A stretch of DNA of 64,000 nucleotides from an uncultured Gammaproteobacteria bacterium. Its GTDB lineage: Bacteria; Patescibacteriota; Patescibacteriia; Magasanikbacterales; GWA2-37-8. The position numbers and the translations under genes were made by a program. Under the pieces are notes generated by a model. That model made no database searches, had not been told where the DNA came from, and was given only the letters and a program-made list of their open reading frames with translations. Location of the stretch: the NCBI GenBank assembly GCA_964619625.1, contig CAZUFD010000003.1:30282-94281 (forward strand), written 5' to 3'. Of the stretch, positions 47,351 through 56,969 are shown piece by piece; within the stretch, counting starts at the first letter, position 1; the number at the start of each line of letters is the position of its first letter.

Positions 47351-47842
47351 TTAATTTTCTTCCTCTAAAATTGTTTGTATCTCACTAATCATGCCTTGAG
47401 CTGTTAGACTTTTAGGATCGTCTAAAATGGCTCCTATACCACCGTATATAGTGGAATAAGTTTCAGAGTTTTTCTTATCCTCTTTTTTATTACTTTTTGC
47501 TATTGCGAGACTTCCTTCATAATTAAGTATTGCTGCACGGGCATTAAGTTTCGCTGTTTTGGATAACGCTTTTTCTGATTTTTCTTGCGCTTCGGCAGAT
47601 TTTTTTAATTCTCTCCTAGTCATCTCAAGCTCACTTCTCTGAAGTTTTAGCTCTTCCCTCTGTAATACAATAGCATAAATAACACCCAGAAAAGCTAAGC
47701 CAGAAAAAAGTGCGTTAATACCTCCAAACATATCTCCAAATAACCCTCTATCGGTCATTTTTGAAAAAAACTTACTTACAATCAAAAAATAAACGATAAG
47801 TACCAATAAGGTTGCTATAATTGAAAAAACTATTTTTTTCAT
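47351..47842 (-). CDS. 2-TM plus coiled-coil protein resembling the N-terminus of putative phage abortive-infection proteins
   Basis: GLFGDMFGGINALFSGLAF...LQREELKLQRSEL pattern. The start was moved past the repeat to ATG 47842. Confidence 0.6.
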   Translation of the reverse strand: MKKIVFSIIATLLVLIVYFLIVSKFFSKMTDRGLFGDMFGGINALFSGLAFLGVIYAIVLQREELKLQRSELEMTRRELKKSAEAQEKSEKALSKTAKLNARAAILNYEGSLAIAKSNKKEDKKNSETYSTIYGGIGAILDDPKSLTAQGMISEIQTILEEEN

Positions 47843-47865
47843 AGAATTAATAATACCGCACTGTT

Positions 47866-47898
47866 TAAGAGATTCTTCCGCTTCGGACAGAATGACAC
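47866..47898. repeat. REP half-element (AGAGATTCTTCCGCTTCGGACAGAATGACA)
   Basis: Resembles the 3' half of the 362-445 family. Confidence 0.55.
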
Positions 47899-47996
47899 TA
47901 ATATTGTACCTGATTTTGGCCATTTTAAACAGGCCGGCAGTATTTTTATTGACAGCAAAAAATCAATAAGGGATAATATCCGCCAAGGGGGAAACC

Positions 47997-48308
47997 ATGC
48001 AGAACAAGCTTTCGTTGGCCTTGGAGCAGGCGCTCCAGGGATCATGTCAGGTTCAAATCACTTTCAAACGGGATGCGGCTAACAGTGTCCGCTCTCTGCT
48101 GAGAATGATCAAGACCGGGCACATCTTGATGCCGGACGATGAGGAGAAGGCTCTCAAGAAGACCGCTCAGTCCGGTGGGTGGGGTGAAGATCGTCATCGT
48201 ACGACAAATGTCACGTTCACGAGCATTTTCGTCAAGGCCGATATGAAGGATACGTTTGCCAGAATGATGCGTCTAGCCATCGAACAGATCGAGGTCGTGC
48301 CATCCTAA
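47997..48308 (+). CDS. Hypothetical protein (GC-richer ORFan)
   Basis: TTGACA-17-GATAAT at 47949, AGGGGG SD and a downstream hairpin. Confidence 0.65.
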   Translation: MQNKLSLALEQALQGSCQVQITFKRDAANSVRSLLRMIKTGHILMPDDEEKALKKTAQSGGWGEDRHRTTNVTFTSIFVKADMKDTFARMMRLAIEQIEVVPS

Positions 48309-48404
48309 GCAGCAAGCCTGCCAAAACAAAGAGCGCCAGGATAATCATCCCGGCGCTCAAATTATTTTAGAATAATTATTTCAATTTTTCATTTTTTAAA
48401 TTAA

Positions 48405-48866
48405 TTAACGAATAGACCCCCAATTATTTAGATATTCTTGTGCACCGGGATTTACTTCTCCGCTTTTATTCAGAGACACTATAAATTTATATAATTTATT
48501 GTTATTTGATCTGGTTTCTTTTAATTTTAAAGTCGGGACAATAAAAAACATGTTATGCTCAAACCACAGACCTATTAAGTAATCGGCTTCGGTTTTTTCT
48601 ACTTCAGTCAACGTAAAATGTGTAACGCTATTGTGGTTACTCGACGAGCTAACCAATCTTTGCCGCGTCTTAACTTCCAGTTTAATTTTTCTACCATTTG
48701 AATGGTTAAACAAAAGTATATCATACCCCTTTTCATCATAGTTTCTATATACAGACCAACCTTTGGCATTAAAATAATAATATAAGTAAAACATCACAGA
48801 AAGTTCTCCGATCTCTTTCAAAGAGTCACTTATATTTTGTGCGGTTTTTTTATTGATAAATTCCAT
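48405..48866 (-). CDS. Small PD-(D/E)XK restriction-endonuclease-like protein
   Basis: GE..V, GYDILL and LEVKT active-site pattern. AT-rich. Confidence 0.65.
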   Translation of the reverse strand: MEFINKKTAQNISDSLKEIGELSVMFYLYYYFNAKGWSVYRNYDEKGYDILLFNHSNGRKIKLEVKTRQRLVSSSSNHNSVTHFTLTEVEKTEADYLIGLWFEHNMFFIVPTLKLKETRSNNNKLYKFIVSLNKSGEVNPGAQEYLNNWGSIR

Positions 48867-48876
48867 AGCTTAACTC

Positions 48877-51144
48877 TTACTTCTTCCAAAATCGTCCTTC
48901 TTCAAACATTTGGCGCTTCCATCTGTAAAAATCCAAATATTCACACAGGGTAAGCGGTGTGCTGGTAGCTACACTCTCTTCTTCACCGCATCGCAATTCA
49001 CTGGGAATTTCATAGCGAACATCTCTCTTATCTCCGGTTTCTTGGTTTATATACAATCCATACTCGTGCATACCCAAAATATTTTGGTATTTCTGTCTAT
49101 CCTCCAAAATGGAATGGCCTTCAAAACCATTGGCGGTATTGATATTTAAAATTTGCAAAATTGTTGGTGAAATATCTATGCCGGAGGCATACAGGTTAAC
49201 TTCTTTTGGCAAACTGCCTCCGGGCGCGTACATCATCAACATATTTTCATCGTAGAAACTAAGATTTTTAGCCTCGGCTGGAAACAAATCCTTTATATCC
49301 CGTCCTGGGAACACCGCATGATCCGCTACCGCCACCACTATCGTATTATCGTAGTACGGGCTTTGTTTAAACTCTTGCCAAAATTTGCCAAAAGCATCAT
49401 CGGCCGTATGGTATGAATTTAACACATCGTTTTTTCCATCTTTATACAAAACCATATCCTTGGCCAAATTAAACGGCGCGTGCGTATCTACCGTGGAAAG
49501 CATCATCAAAAACGGGACGTCTGTTTTATAGCTATCAACTTCGTGTATGCGCTGCCACATGGCCGGATACAGCTGATGATCGGAATAGCCCCAAGATAGC
49601 GGCTCGCCTTCTATAATATTTTTTAATTCTTCTTGGCCATAAATTCCATCCGTATCCATGCTTTTAAAAATGGCATTTTTGTTTTCAAATTCTTTGGGCA
49701 CGGCCGTAATATAGGTAGCTGATTTATAGCCGTTATTTTTCAAAATAGTTGGCAAACAAAGCAAGCGCAGTCTTTGCAAATTTTTATTATCCTCTACTTC
49801 CGTATAACCAGTCGGCGGCAAGAACGAACATAACTGGGCAATAATGCCGTTTATCGTGGGTGTGGAGGCGTTATAGAAATTTTTAAATATAGTAGTGTGA
49901 GAATCGCCGGCCATTTGTTCCAGACCCGGGGTTAAACCATCTAACTGTTTGTTATAAACGCTCGTAAGACGGCTGGAAAAAGATTCAAAAAAAATAATTA
50001 TGACATTCGGTTTGTTGGTATTAAACTTTTCCGGCAAAAATGTTTTGTCAGTCGTAAAAACTTTGTCTTTATGAGCAAGATAGAACTCGCTTGTATTGTA
50101 AAACAATCCAAATCTTTCCAATTTTTCTTTTACGGCCGGGCTTAGTGTAACTTCGGTTTTATCACCTAAAAAATAATTATAAAAATTTCTGGCAATAGTA
50201 TATTCGGGTGTATTTTGAAAAGAGCTTAAACCAAATAAAGAAAACAGGGCTACGGCTATAAGTGCCAGGCTATAATAAACCCACTGGCGAAAGACGCTCA
50301 TTTGAAAAGATTTGATAATTTGGTAAAAAATCAAGCTAAATATAATCAAGGCTGATACATTTCCCGCTACAACTATGATTGTTATCCAGTTAAAAGCAAG
50401 GCCAGGAGCTCCGTCAGCCACAGCGAGCATTAAAGGGCTAATATATAGCCCGGTAAAATACATGATCCCAATATTTATACTCCAAAAAACCAATAAAAAT
50501 ATAAAACATATCACCCACAAACCCAAGGCAATATAACGCAAGAACGGGGTTTTTATTTTCCAATAAATAAGCACCGAAACCGCAAATCCGAGCACCCAAA
50601 ACATAGTCATAGCCCAGGCGCGAAACAAAACAATGTTATGAAACTTTAAATACGAATCAAAGTTGGCAAAGCTAAACGCCAAAAATTGAAATACGGAAAA
50701 TAAAATAAGCAGGAAAAAAACTACGGTAAAAATGTTTCTATTTACAAGTTTCCACTTATGGGCGCCGGGATGATGCGATAAGTAGGTTTGAGTTTTATAA
50801 AAAAATAAACTCATTAAAAATAAAAATGAGAATATGCTTAACAACTGATGGCGGCTAAAAAATATTAAGAAAAAAAGAGAAAATAGAAAAAACAAGCTAT
50901 CCAAAAACTTGCCGAATTCTTTCTGCCAAAAAATATGGCGATTGAATTTGGCTGTAAAAAAATGATACAGCCATTTGAATACCTGATAGCCGATACATAC
51001 CGCCGCCCAAGTGGCGATGGAAATAAAAACAAAGCGGCTATGCGGACGATATGGCGTATGGTACCAGTTCCAGCCGGCGGAAATTATGAAGGCCGCGACA
51101 AACGTTTGAATTTTACCCCACCATGTTTTGAGCCTTATAAACAT
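48877..51144 (-). CDS. LTA synthase/sulfatase family membrane protein
   Basis: Multi-TM N-terminus plus PNVIIIFFES, T nucleophile, THAPF and VADH motifs. Confidence 0.85.
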   Translation of the reverse strand: MFIRLKTWWGKIQTFVAAFIISAGWNWYHTPYRPHSRFVFISIATWAAVCIGYQVFKWLYHFFTAKFNRHIFWQKEFGKFLDSLFFLFSLFFLIFFSRHQLLSIFSFLFLMSLFFYKTQTYLSHHPGAHKWKLVNRNIFTVVFFLLILFSVFQFLAFSFANFDSYLKFHNIVLFRAWAMTMFWVLGFAVSVLIYWKIKTPFLRYIALGLWVICFIFLLVFWSINIGIMYFTGLYISPLMLAVADGAPGLAFNWITIIVVAGNVSALIIFSLIFYQIIKSFQMSVFRQWVYYSLALIAVALFSLFGLSSFQNTPEYTIARNFYNYFLGDKTEVTLSPAVKEKLERFGLFYNTSEFYLAHKDKVFTTDKTFLPEKFNTNKPNVIIIFFESFSSRLTSVYNKQLDGLTPGLEQMAGDSHTTIFKNFYNASTPTINGIIAQLCSFLPPTGYTEVEDNKNLQRLRLLCLPTILKNNGYKSATYITAVPKEFENKNAIFKSMDTDGIYGQEELKNIIEGEPLSWGYSDHQLYPAMWQRIHEVDSYKTDVPFLMMLSTVDTHAPFNLAKDMVLYKDGKNDVLNSYHTADDAFGKFWQEFKQSPYYDNTIVVAVADHAVFPGRDIKDLFPAEAKNLSFYDENMLMMYAPGGSLPKEVNLYASGIDISPTILQILNINTANGFEGHSILEDRQKYQNILGMHEYGLYINQETGDKRDVRYEIPSELRCGEEESVATSTPLTLCEYLDFYRWKRQMFEEGRFWKK

Positions 51145-51162
51145 AATTCCCCTAGTACAATT

Positions 51163-51375
51163 TTAAAAATTATAAAAAGGTACGCAATTTTTTGTATTGT
51201 TATACCTCTTAGTTCGGCAAAATTTCTTTTCTTTTGTTCCATCTTCCACCAAACAGCCTCTAAATGAATTCCGTTTGGCGCAGGTTGCCGATAAAGATGA
51301 ATTTATGAAATGATAAACTATGAGCAACAAAAAAGCCAACGAGAAAAATATAGAGTATTTAACATTTCTTGACAC
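51163..51375 (-). CDS. Small membrane-anchored protein with 4 Cys
   Basis: GTG start and an N-terminal TM. Fills the gap between hpf and the sulfatase gene. Confidence 0.45.
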   Translation of the reverse strand: MSRNVKYSIFFSLAFLLLIVYHFINSSLSATCAKRNSFRGCLVEDGTKEKKFCRTKRYNNTKNCVPFYNF

Positions 51376-51385
51376 AGGTTTTTAC

Positions 51386-51745
51386 TTAGAGCTCAACGTG
51401 GTATTCCTTGTTTTTCCTGGAAATTTTTTTGTCTTTTTCAGTTACGCGATGTTTGAGTTTGTATTTTTTGAGCTCCGTTTCCAAATAATCCCGAACCGCG
51501 TCTATAGCTTTATATAAATTTTCTTCCTGTTTGGCGGCAAACAAATTTTTACCGGGCACATCCAGTTTAAATTCCGCGAAAAACATGTCGCCTTTACGAT
51601 GATGGCGGCTATTAAGGCCTAGGATTATTTCGGTTCTAATGATGCGGTCATTATAAAATTTATTTAAAGCCTCTGCTTTTTTGGATGCGTAATCCTTTAT
51701 GGCTGATGTTAGCTCAATACCCCTGCCTGTGATTTGTATTTTCAT
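51386..51745 (-). CDS. hpf: Ribosome hibernation promoting factor (RaiA/HPF)
   Basis: Motifs ITGRGIELTSAIKDY and NLYKAID. Confidence 0.92.
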   Translation of the reverse strand: MKIQITGRGIELTSAIKDYASKKAEALNKFYNDRIIRTEIILGLNSRHHRKGDMFFAEFKLDVPGKNLFAAKQEENLYKAIDAVRDYLETELKKYKLKHRVTEKDKKISRKNKEYHVEL

Positions 51746-51867
51746 ATGCGAAATGAGTGAGTTAAATAATGAGTGAGAAAATAATGAGCTTGCTCAATTA
51801 TTTTCTAATGAAATTATTTATGAGCGAATGAGTATATATGGGCTTTATCCCATATAATGTAAATTAA

Positions 51868-52815
51868 TTATTTAACAATTTGCACTTCAGGCTCTAGCTC
51901 CACGCCATATCTATCATACACTTTTTGCTTTATCTGTTCAACCAAATCAAGCACATCAGATTGCGTGGCTTTGTTAAAATTTATCAGATAATTGCCGTGC
52001 TCATCGGAAATCTTGGCGCCTCCGACAGAAAGGCCGCGCAACGCCATTTGTTCAGTTATCCATCCGACCGGCACCGTACCGCGCTGCAAAAACAATTCAG
52101 GTAAATTTTTTGTATCCTGCACCCACTGGGCCAGCTTTATATTTTTGAAAAAACTGCCTGCTGACGGGTATGGCGTATGCTTGCGTTGTTGCAAATATTT
52201 TTGCATCCGCTCCAAAATTTCTTGTTTGTCTCCGGGTTCCAAGTAAATTGCGCCGCCTAGCACAATATCCTTATTATGCTTAAAACTGCTATTGCGATAA
52301 CTAAAACCGCACTCTTCGGGCTTGAGCCGCACCACTTCCCCATTTCGCCAAACCTCCACCCATTTAAGCACTCGGGCAATTTCTTTTCCCATGGCGCCGG
52401 CATTGCCCCGAATCGCACCGCCAAACGTACCCGGAATACCTATTCCCCAATCTATGCCGGTTAAACCGTTCTTTGCGCCCAAGTTTACTACCGCGCTCAG
52501 CATTACCCCAGCTTCCACCTCTATTTCAAAACCAAAACCATCCACAGTTATTTTTGGCGGCGTCGTGGTAGCAATTTTTATTACAATTCCCTCAAAACCT
52601 TCGTCGCTGAGAAGTAAATTTGAACCCCCGGCCAAAATAAAATAATCAAGCCCTTCGGCATTTAAGTAATTTAACAATCCAACTAATTTATCCGTTTTGC
52701 TTACAACTACAAAAAGCTTGGCCGGACCCCCGATCTTAAAGGTTACATGTTTAGCCAAGGATTCATTGATTTTTACCTCACCAAATTCCTTAAGTTTATT
52801 ATATAATTCATCCAT
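51868..52815 (-). CDS. murB: UDP-N-acetylenolpyruvoylglucosamine reductase
   Basis: Motifs TFKIGGPA, GGSNLL, GIPGTFGGA..NAGA, SAGSFFKN and LEPEV. Confidence 0.95.
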   Translation of the reverse strand: MDELYNKLKEFGEVKINESLAKHVTFKIGGPAKLFVVVSKTDKLVGLLNYLNAEGLDYFILAGGSNLLLSDEGFEGIVIKIATTTPPKITVDGFGFEIEVEAGVMLSAVVNLGAKNGLTGIDWGIGIPGTFGGAIRGNAGAMGKEIARVLKWVEVWRNGEVVRLKPEECGFSYRNSSFKHNKDIVLGGAIYLEPGDKQEILERMQKYLQQRKHTPYPSAGSFFKNIKLAQWVQDTKNLPELFLQRGTVPVGWITEQMALRGLSVGGAKISDEHGNYLINFNKATQSDVLDLVEQIKQKVYDRYGVELEPEVQIVK

Positions 52816-52936
52816 ATAGAACAGCTTGCTTTTTACGCCTTTCTCAGGTATAGTATTAGCGTAAAATAAACGAAATTAAGGCTTATTTTAGCCTCCGGAC
52901 AGCGCCGCGCAGGTCACTTAAGTATATAGCAAAAGT

Positions 52937-54226
52937 ATGGCAAATTCAAGTGAGTTAAGCAAGTCCTTGGCCAAACGATTATCCAACCGCCGTTTGTTTT
53001 ATGTTTGCCGCGATATAGAACGCGCTATGGGCAGTGAACAAGGCTTGAAAAATTATTATATTATTACCAACTACAGCAGTCTTGCCAGCCGTATGGCCAG
53101 CCAGTACCAAAATATAATAATTATAAAAGATAAATCCACCCTGGATACCGCCGAGTTATTAAACCACCACCAAACTATAAAAATCATCAAACCAAAAGAT
53201 TTTGTTTTAGTGTTTAAAAATAATGCTATTATTGAAAACATTTGCCGTACTCATAAATGGAAGCTGCTCAACCCTTCTTCTCAATTGGCGGACAAAGTGG
53301 AAAGCAAGGTATCGCAAGTAGAATGGCTTGGCAATCTGGCTGCATTTCTACCGCCGCACCACATTAGCACCTGCGCTCAGATACAATGGCAGCACAAAAA
53401 ATTTATTTTACAATTTAACCATTCTCATACCGGTAGCGGCACTTTTTTAATTGATTCTCAAAAAAAATTAAAGGAATTACAAAAAAAATTTTCCAACCGG
53501 CCAGTGCGAATAATGGGTTTTATCAGCGGACCTGTATTTACTAACAATAATGTAGTTTGGGGAACCAAAACGCTTGTCGGTAATATCAGCTATCAGATTA
53601 CCGGTTTAACGCCGTTTACCGATAACAAATTTTCTACAATTGGCAACGACTTTGCGCTGCCAAATATATTATTAAATAAGAAAAATCCCAAAGGGATCCC
53701 TTCGGGACAAGTAAAACAGTATGCTAAAATCGTAATGAGTATCGGCAAGAGGCTGCATAAACAGGGTTGGAAAGGGCTGTTTGGCGTAGATATAATTATG
53801 GATGCAAAAACTAAACGGCTTTATTTATTAGAAATAAACGCGCGCCAACCCGCTTCTACCGGTTTTGAATCACAGTTACAAAACGTACATACAAAACAAC
53901 AAAAAGGCAGCTATATAACCACGTTCCAAGCTCATTTTGCAGCCTTGCTTGGTATAAAATTCCAAAATTATCAGTTAACCGCTATCCAAACCGGATCTCA
54001 GATAGTGCAGCGGGTTACCACAGACAAACAGTATAAAAATATAAATGAATATTGGAAAAAATTAAAAAAATTAGCGTCTACAAACCCTGCTGTAATTAAT
54101 ATATTGCCCTATAACAATACTGCTCCCGGTTCAGACTTAGCTCGCATTCAACTAAGCGAAGGGGTTATGGCTAAACATGGGTACTTTAATAAGCTCGGCA
54201 AAGAAATCCAAGCGTCTATATGCTAA
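52937..54226 (+). CDS. ATP-grasp domain protein of unknown substrate
   Basis: ATP-grasp signature G.GT loop and GWKGLFGVD...LLEINAR. Confidence 0.75.
   Translation: MANSSELSKSLAKRLSNRRLFYVCRDIERAMGSEQGLKNYYIITNYSSLASRMASQYQNIIIIKDKSTLDTAELLNHHQTIKIIKPKDFVLVFKNNAIIENICRTHKWKLLNPSSQLADKVESKVSQVEWLGNLAAFLPPHHISTCAQIQWQHKKFILQFNHSHTGSGTFLIDSQKKLKELQKKFSNRPVRIMGFISGPVFTNNNVVWGTKTLVGNISYQITGLTPFTDNKFSTIGNDFALPNILLNKKNPKGIPSGQVKQYAKIVMSIGKRLHKQGWKGLFGVDIIMDAKTKRLYLLEINARQPASTGFESQLQNVHTKQQKGSYITTFQAHFAALLGIKFQNYQLTAIQTGSQIVQRVTTDKQYKNINEYWKKLKKLASTNPAVINILPYNNTAPGSDLARIQLSEGVMAKHGYFNKLGKEIQASIC
53686..53707. repeat. Short palindrome in frame in the ATP-grasp gene (encodes PKGIPSG)
   Basis: TCCCAAAGGGATCCCTTCGGGA, a tandem hairpin. 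Confidence 0.5.
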
Positions 54227-54987
54227 ATCAAACTAAACTATCTCCTCAAGCGGAAAAAGTTATTACGGATTACCTTAATCTGCCTTTTCCAACCCAAGGC
54301 GTACGATGTCCGTATTTTAATAATGCCAGAGTTCGCCAGCGAGGCCAGTTAAAAGTTTTAATTGGCAAAGGCACGCCGCAGGAAATCTTGGAAGAAGCCC
54401 GTATTATTGCCACTCAATATAAGCAAGATATTTTTACGTTTACCGATCCGGAACAAATCCGTAAATTTTTAATAGAACACCGCTTGGGCATAGATTGCTC
54501 CGGATTTATTACGGGTGTTTTAAAAGAAGAATACGCGGCAAAAGGCGCGGACTTAACCAAACGAATTTTTATTACACCCAAGACAAATGTGCTGCGCTGG
54601 TTAATTAGCCGTTTGCGACCCGTTGAACAGATCAGCGTAAACGTCTACGCTAACGATAAAAATACTGAAATAATTTATAATCTGTCCGAAATTAAGGCCG
54701 GCGATTTGATTGTCATGCTTAAAACCGGCCCCAATAAAAATCACGATCATATACTGCTGGTTACCGAAACAAATGGAAATGTTATACAATATGCTCATGC
54801 TCGCGCCTGGTCTAGCGAAGGCAGATACGGCCATGGTGTTGCCGCTGGAACTATTACGCTTACCGAACCAGACAAATCAATTCTCTATCAAACTTGGGAA
54901 GAAAAAAATAAAACCAACGAGGATAGCGAAACTTTTATAGAAGCCAAACAAGCTACGATTCTACAAATTAAACGCTTGAGATTTTAA
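54220..54987 (+). CDS. NlpC/P60-like cysteine hydrolase (no signal peptide)
   Basis: GIDCSG catalytic Cys, GDLI and HILLV...AHA. Confidence 0.7.
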   Translation: MLNQTKLSPQAEKVITDYLNLPFPTQGVRCPYFNNARVRQRGQLKVLIGKGTPQEILEEARIIATQYKQDIFTFTDPEQIRKFLIEHRLGIDCSGFITGVLKEEYAAKGADLTKRIFITPKTNVLRWLISRLRPVEQISVNVYANDKNTEIIYNLSEIKAGDLIVMLKTGPNKNHDHILLVTETNGNVIQYAHARAWSSEGRYGHGVAAGTITLTEPDKSILYQTWEEKNKTNEDSETFIEAKQATILQIKRLRF

Positions 54988-55025
54988 ATATATAGGCTAA
55001 AGCCGCATATACTCTCATTTCAAAT

Positions 55026-56141
55026 ATGAACGTAAATATAATTCAACACGCCCTGGTCTACTTATTATTTTCAGCCATTGGCGCTTTTATTTGGGCGCCG
55101 CTGCTGACGAAATTTTTGTATAAATACAAAATTACCCGCCGCAGCGAGTTTGATTTTACCCTTAAAGGGGAACGGGATTATAAAACCGGCACGCCGATTA
55201 TGGGCGGACTTCTGGTGGTTGTAACCGTAACCGTAATCACAATACTGTTCAACTGGAACCGAGAAAATACCTATGTGCCGATTGGTGTCATGGGTATCGC
55301 GGCCTTACTGGGCGGCGCCGATGACTTGCTTAATATTTTTGGCAAAAAAAGACGCGAGCGCCATATTTCACATATTTTAAACCTGATTGTCGTACACAAA
55401 CTGTGGTATATGAAACTGTGGTATATGCTTATTTTGCCATGGGAAGTATTTAGAAAAACCGTTTCTATTTTTGGCTCTCATCCGGGCCGAGGTATTCAAG
55501 TGCATGAAAAACTAATTTTTCAATTTGTGGCCGGCGCGATTACCGCTTGGTGGATTTATTATAAATTGGGCGTGCAATGGCATTCATTATGGATACCTTT
55601 TGACGGGCAGCCATATATTGGCTGGTGGATAATTCCAATTGTGATCTTTTTTGTGATGTTTACCGCCAACGCCGTAAATTTTGCCGATGGTTTGGATGGA
55701 CTGGTGGGCGGATCTCTGATAATTACCTTTTTGGGGCTTATGATAATCAGCTGGACCGAAGGCCGCATTTCTTTTACCTATCTTAACGCCACGGTTGTGG
55801 GTGCGCTTATTGCTTATACATATTTTAACGTTAAACCGGCCCGGTTTCAGATGGGAGACGTGGGTTCTTTGGGGCTTGGATCGCTGCTGGCCATTAACGC
55901 TATTGCTATAAACCGCACCATGCTAATTCCTTTCCTCGGTTTTATTTTTTATGTAGAAATTATCTCGGTGATTATCCAGGTATTCTGTCGCAGATTATTA
56001 GGAAGAAGATTTTTTAAAATGGCGCCGCTGCACCACCATTTTGAATTTCGCGGCTGGAGCGAAGAAAAAATTGTAATGAGATTTTGGTTAATCCATGGAT
56101 TTTTTGTGATTGTGGCTGTATGGATGAGTTTGTATAAGTAA
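55026..56141 (+). CDS. mraY: Phospho-N-acetylmuramoyl-pentapeptide transferase (MraY family)
   Basis: Motifs KTGTPIMGG, DD, NAVNFADGLDGL, MGDVGS and MAPLHHHFE. Confidence 0.9.
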   Translation: MNVNIIQHALVYLLFSAIGAFIWAPLLTKFLYKYKITRRSEFDFTLKGERDYKTGTPIMGGLLVVVTVTVITILFNWNRENTYVPIGVMGIAALLGGADDLLNIFGKKRRERHISHILNLIVVHKLWYMKLWYMLILPWEVFRKTVSIFGSHPGRGIQVHEKLIFQFVAGAITAWWIYYKLGVQWHSLWIPFDGQPYIGWWIIPIVIFFVMFTANAVNFADGLDGLVGGSLIITFLGLMIISWTEGRISFTYLNATVVGALIAYTYFNVKPARFQMGDVGSLGLGSLLAINAIAINRTMLIPFLGFIFYVEIISVIIQVFCRRLLGRRFFKMAPLHHHFEFRGWSEEKIVMRFWLIHGFFVIVAVWMSLYK

Positions 56142-56224
56142 ACTTGAAATTACGTCGGGTCTCACAAATTAGAAATCTATTTCTAATTTGATTCAACCCT
56201 AGAAATTATAAGTAATAATTAAGT

Positions 56225-56905
56225 ATGTACCTATCCTGGAACGAAAAAACTATAACTGATTTTTCTGATAAAAATATTGAAGCCATATATAATGACGGCT
56301 ATGTTTTTACGCGTCTGGGCAAGGGTATGATGAACCAAACCAGAATTTTACGAATTGATTTAAATCAATTCAAATTATCCTCGGAAAATAAAAGAATTTT
56401 AAAAAAAACAGAAGACTTGAGCTTGTTTGTCGCGCCTATCCCCTACGACAACTATGATTGGGCTATTCATAAAATGGGAAAAGATTTTTATGAACATAAA
56501 TTCGGCGTCAAAACTTTTAGCGCTCAAAAAATAAAAGAGTTGATTACCGATAGAAATAAAAGCAATTTTAATAAGTTGTTTATTTATTATAAAAGCGGAG
56601 AAAATTTGGGATACTGCATATCCTTGGAAACAGCCAGTATTTTGCATTATTGCTACCCTTTTTATAATTTAGAATCAAACTACCCCAATTTGGGTATGGG
56701 CATGATGCTCAAAGCCGTTATGTGGGCCAAAGAAAATAATAAAAAATATATTTATCTGGGCTCAGCTCAGCGCCCCGCCGATACGTATAAATTGCAATTT
56801 TCCGGACTGGAATGGTTTGATGGCAAAAAATGGAGTGAAGACTTAATAAAATTAAAGAAATTACTAACTGTCATTCCCACCGCAAGCGGGAATCCAGACA
56901 ATTAA
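56225..56905 (+). CDS. ATE1/Bpt-like aminoacyl-tRNA-dependent transferase (GNAT fold)
   Basis: RIDLNQFKLSSENKRILKK is ATE_N-like and YPFY...LGMG.ML..V.WAK....YIYLG...YK.QF..LE is ATE_C-like. Confidence 0.7.
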   Translation: MYLSWNEKTITDFSDKNIEAIYNDGYVFTRLGKGMMNQTRILRIDLNQFKLSSENKRILKKTEDLSLFVAPIPYDNYDWAIHKMGKDFYEHKFGVKTFSAQKIKELITDRNKSNFNKLFIYYKSGENLGYCISLETASILHYCYPFYNLESNYPNLGMGMMLKAVMWAKENNKKYIYLGSAQRPADTYKLQFSGLEWFDGKKWSEDLIKLKKLLTVIPTASGNPDN

Positions 56906-56947
56906 ATTGGGATACTAGATTCCCCCGACCCAGTCGGGGGAATGACA
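56869..56947. repeat. REP/RPE-like palindrome overlapping the 3' end of the ATE-like gene
   Basis: TGTCATTCCCACCGCAAGCGGGAATCCAG...CTAGATTCCCCCGACCCAGTCGGGGGAATGACA. Confidence 0.75.
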
Positions 56948-56969
56948 AATGTCGTTTATGCAAAATATT

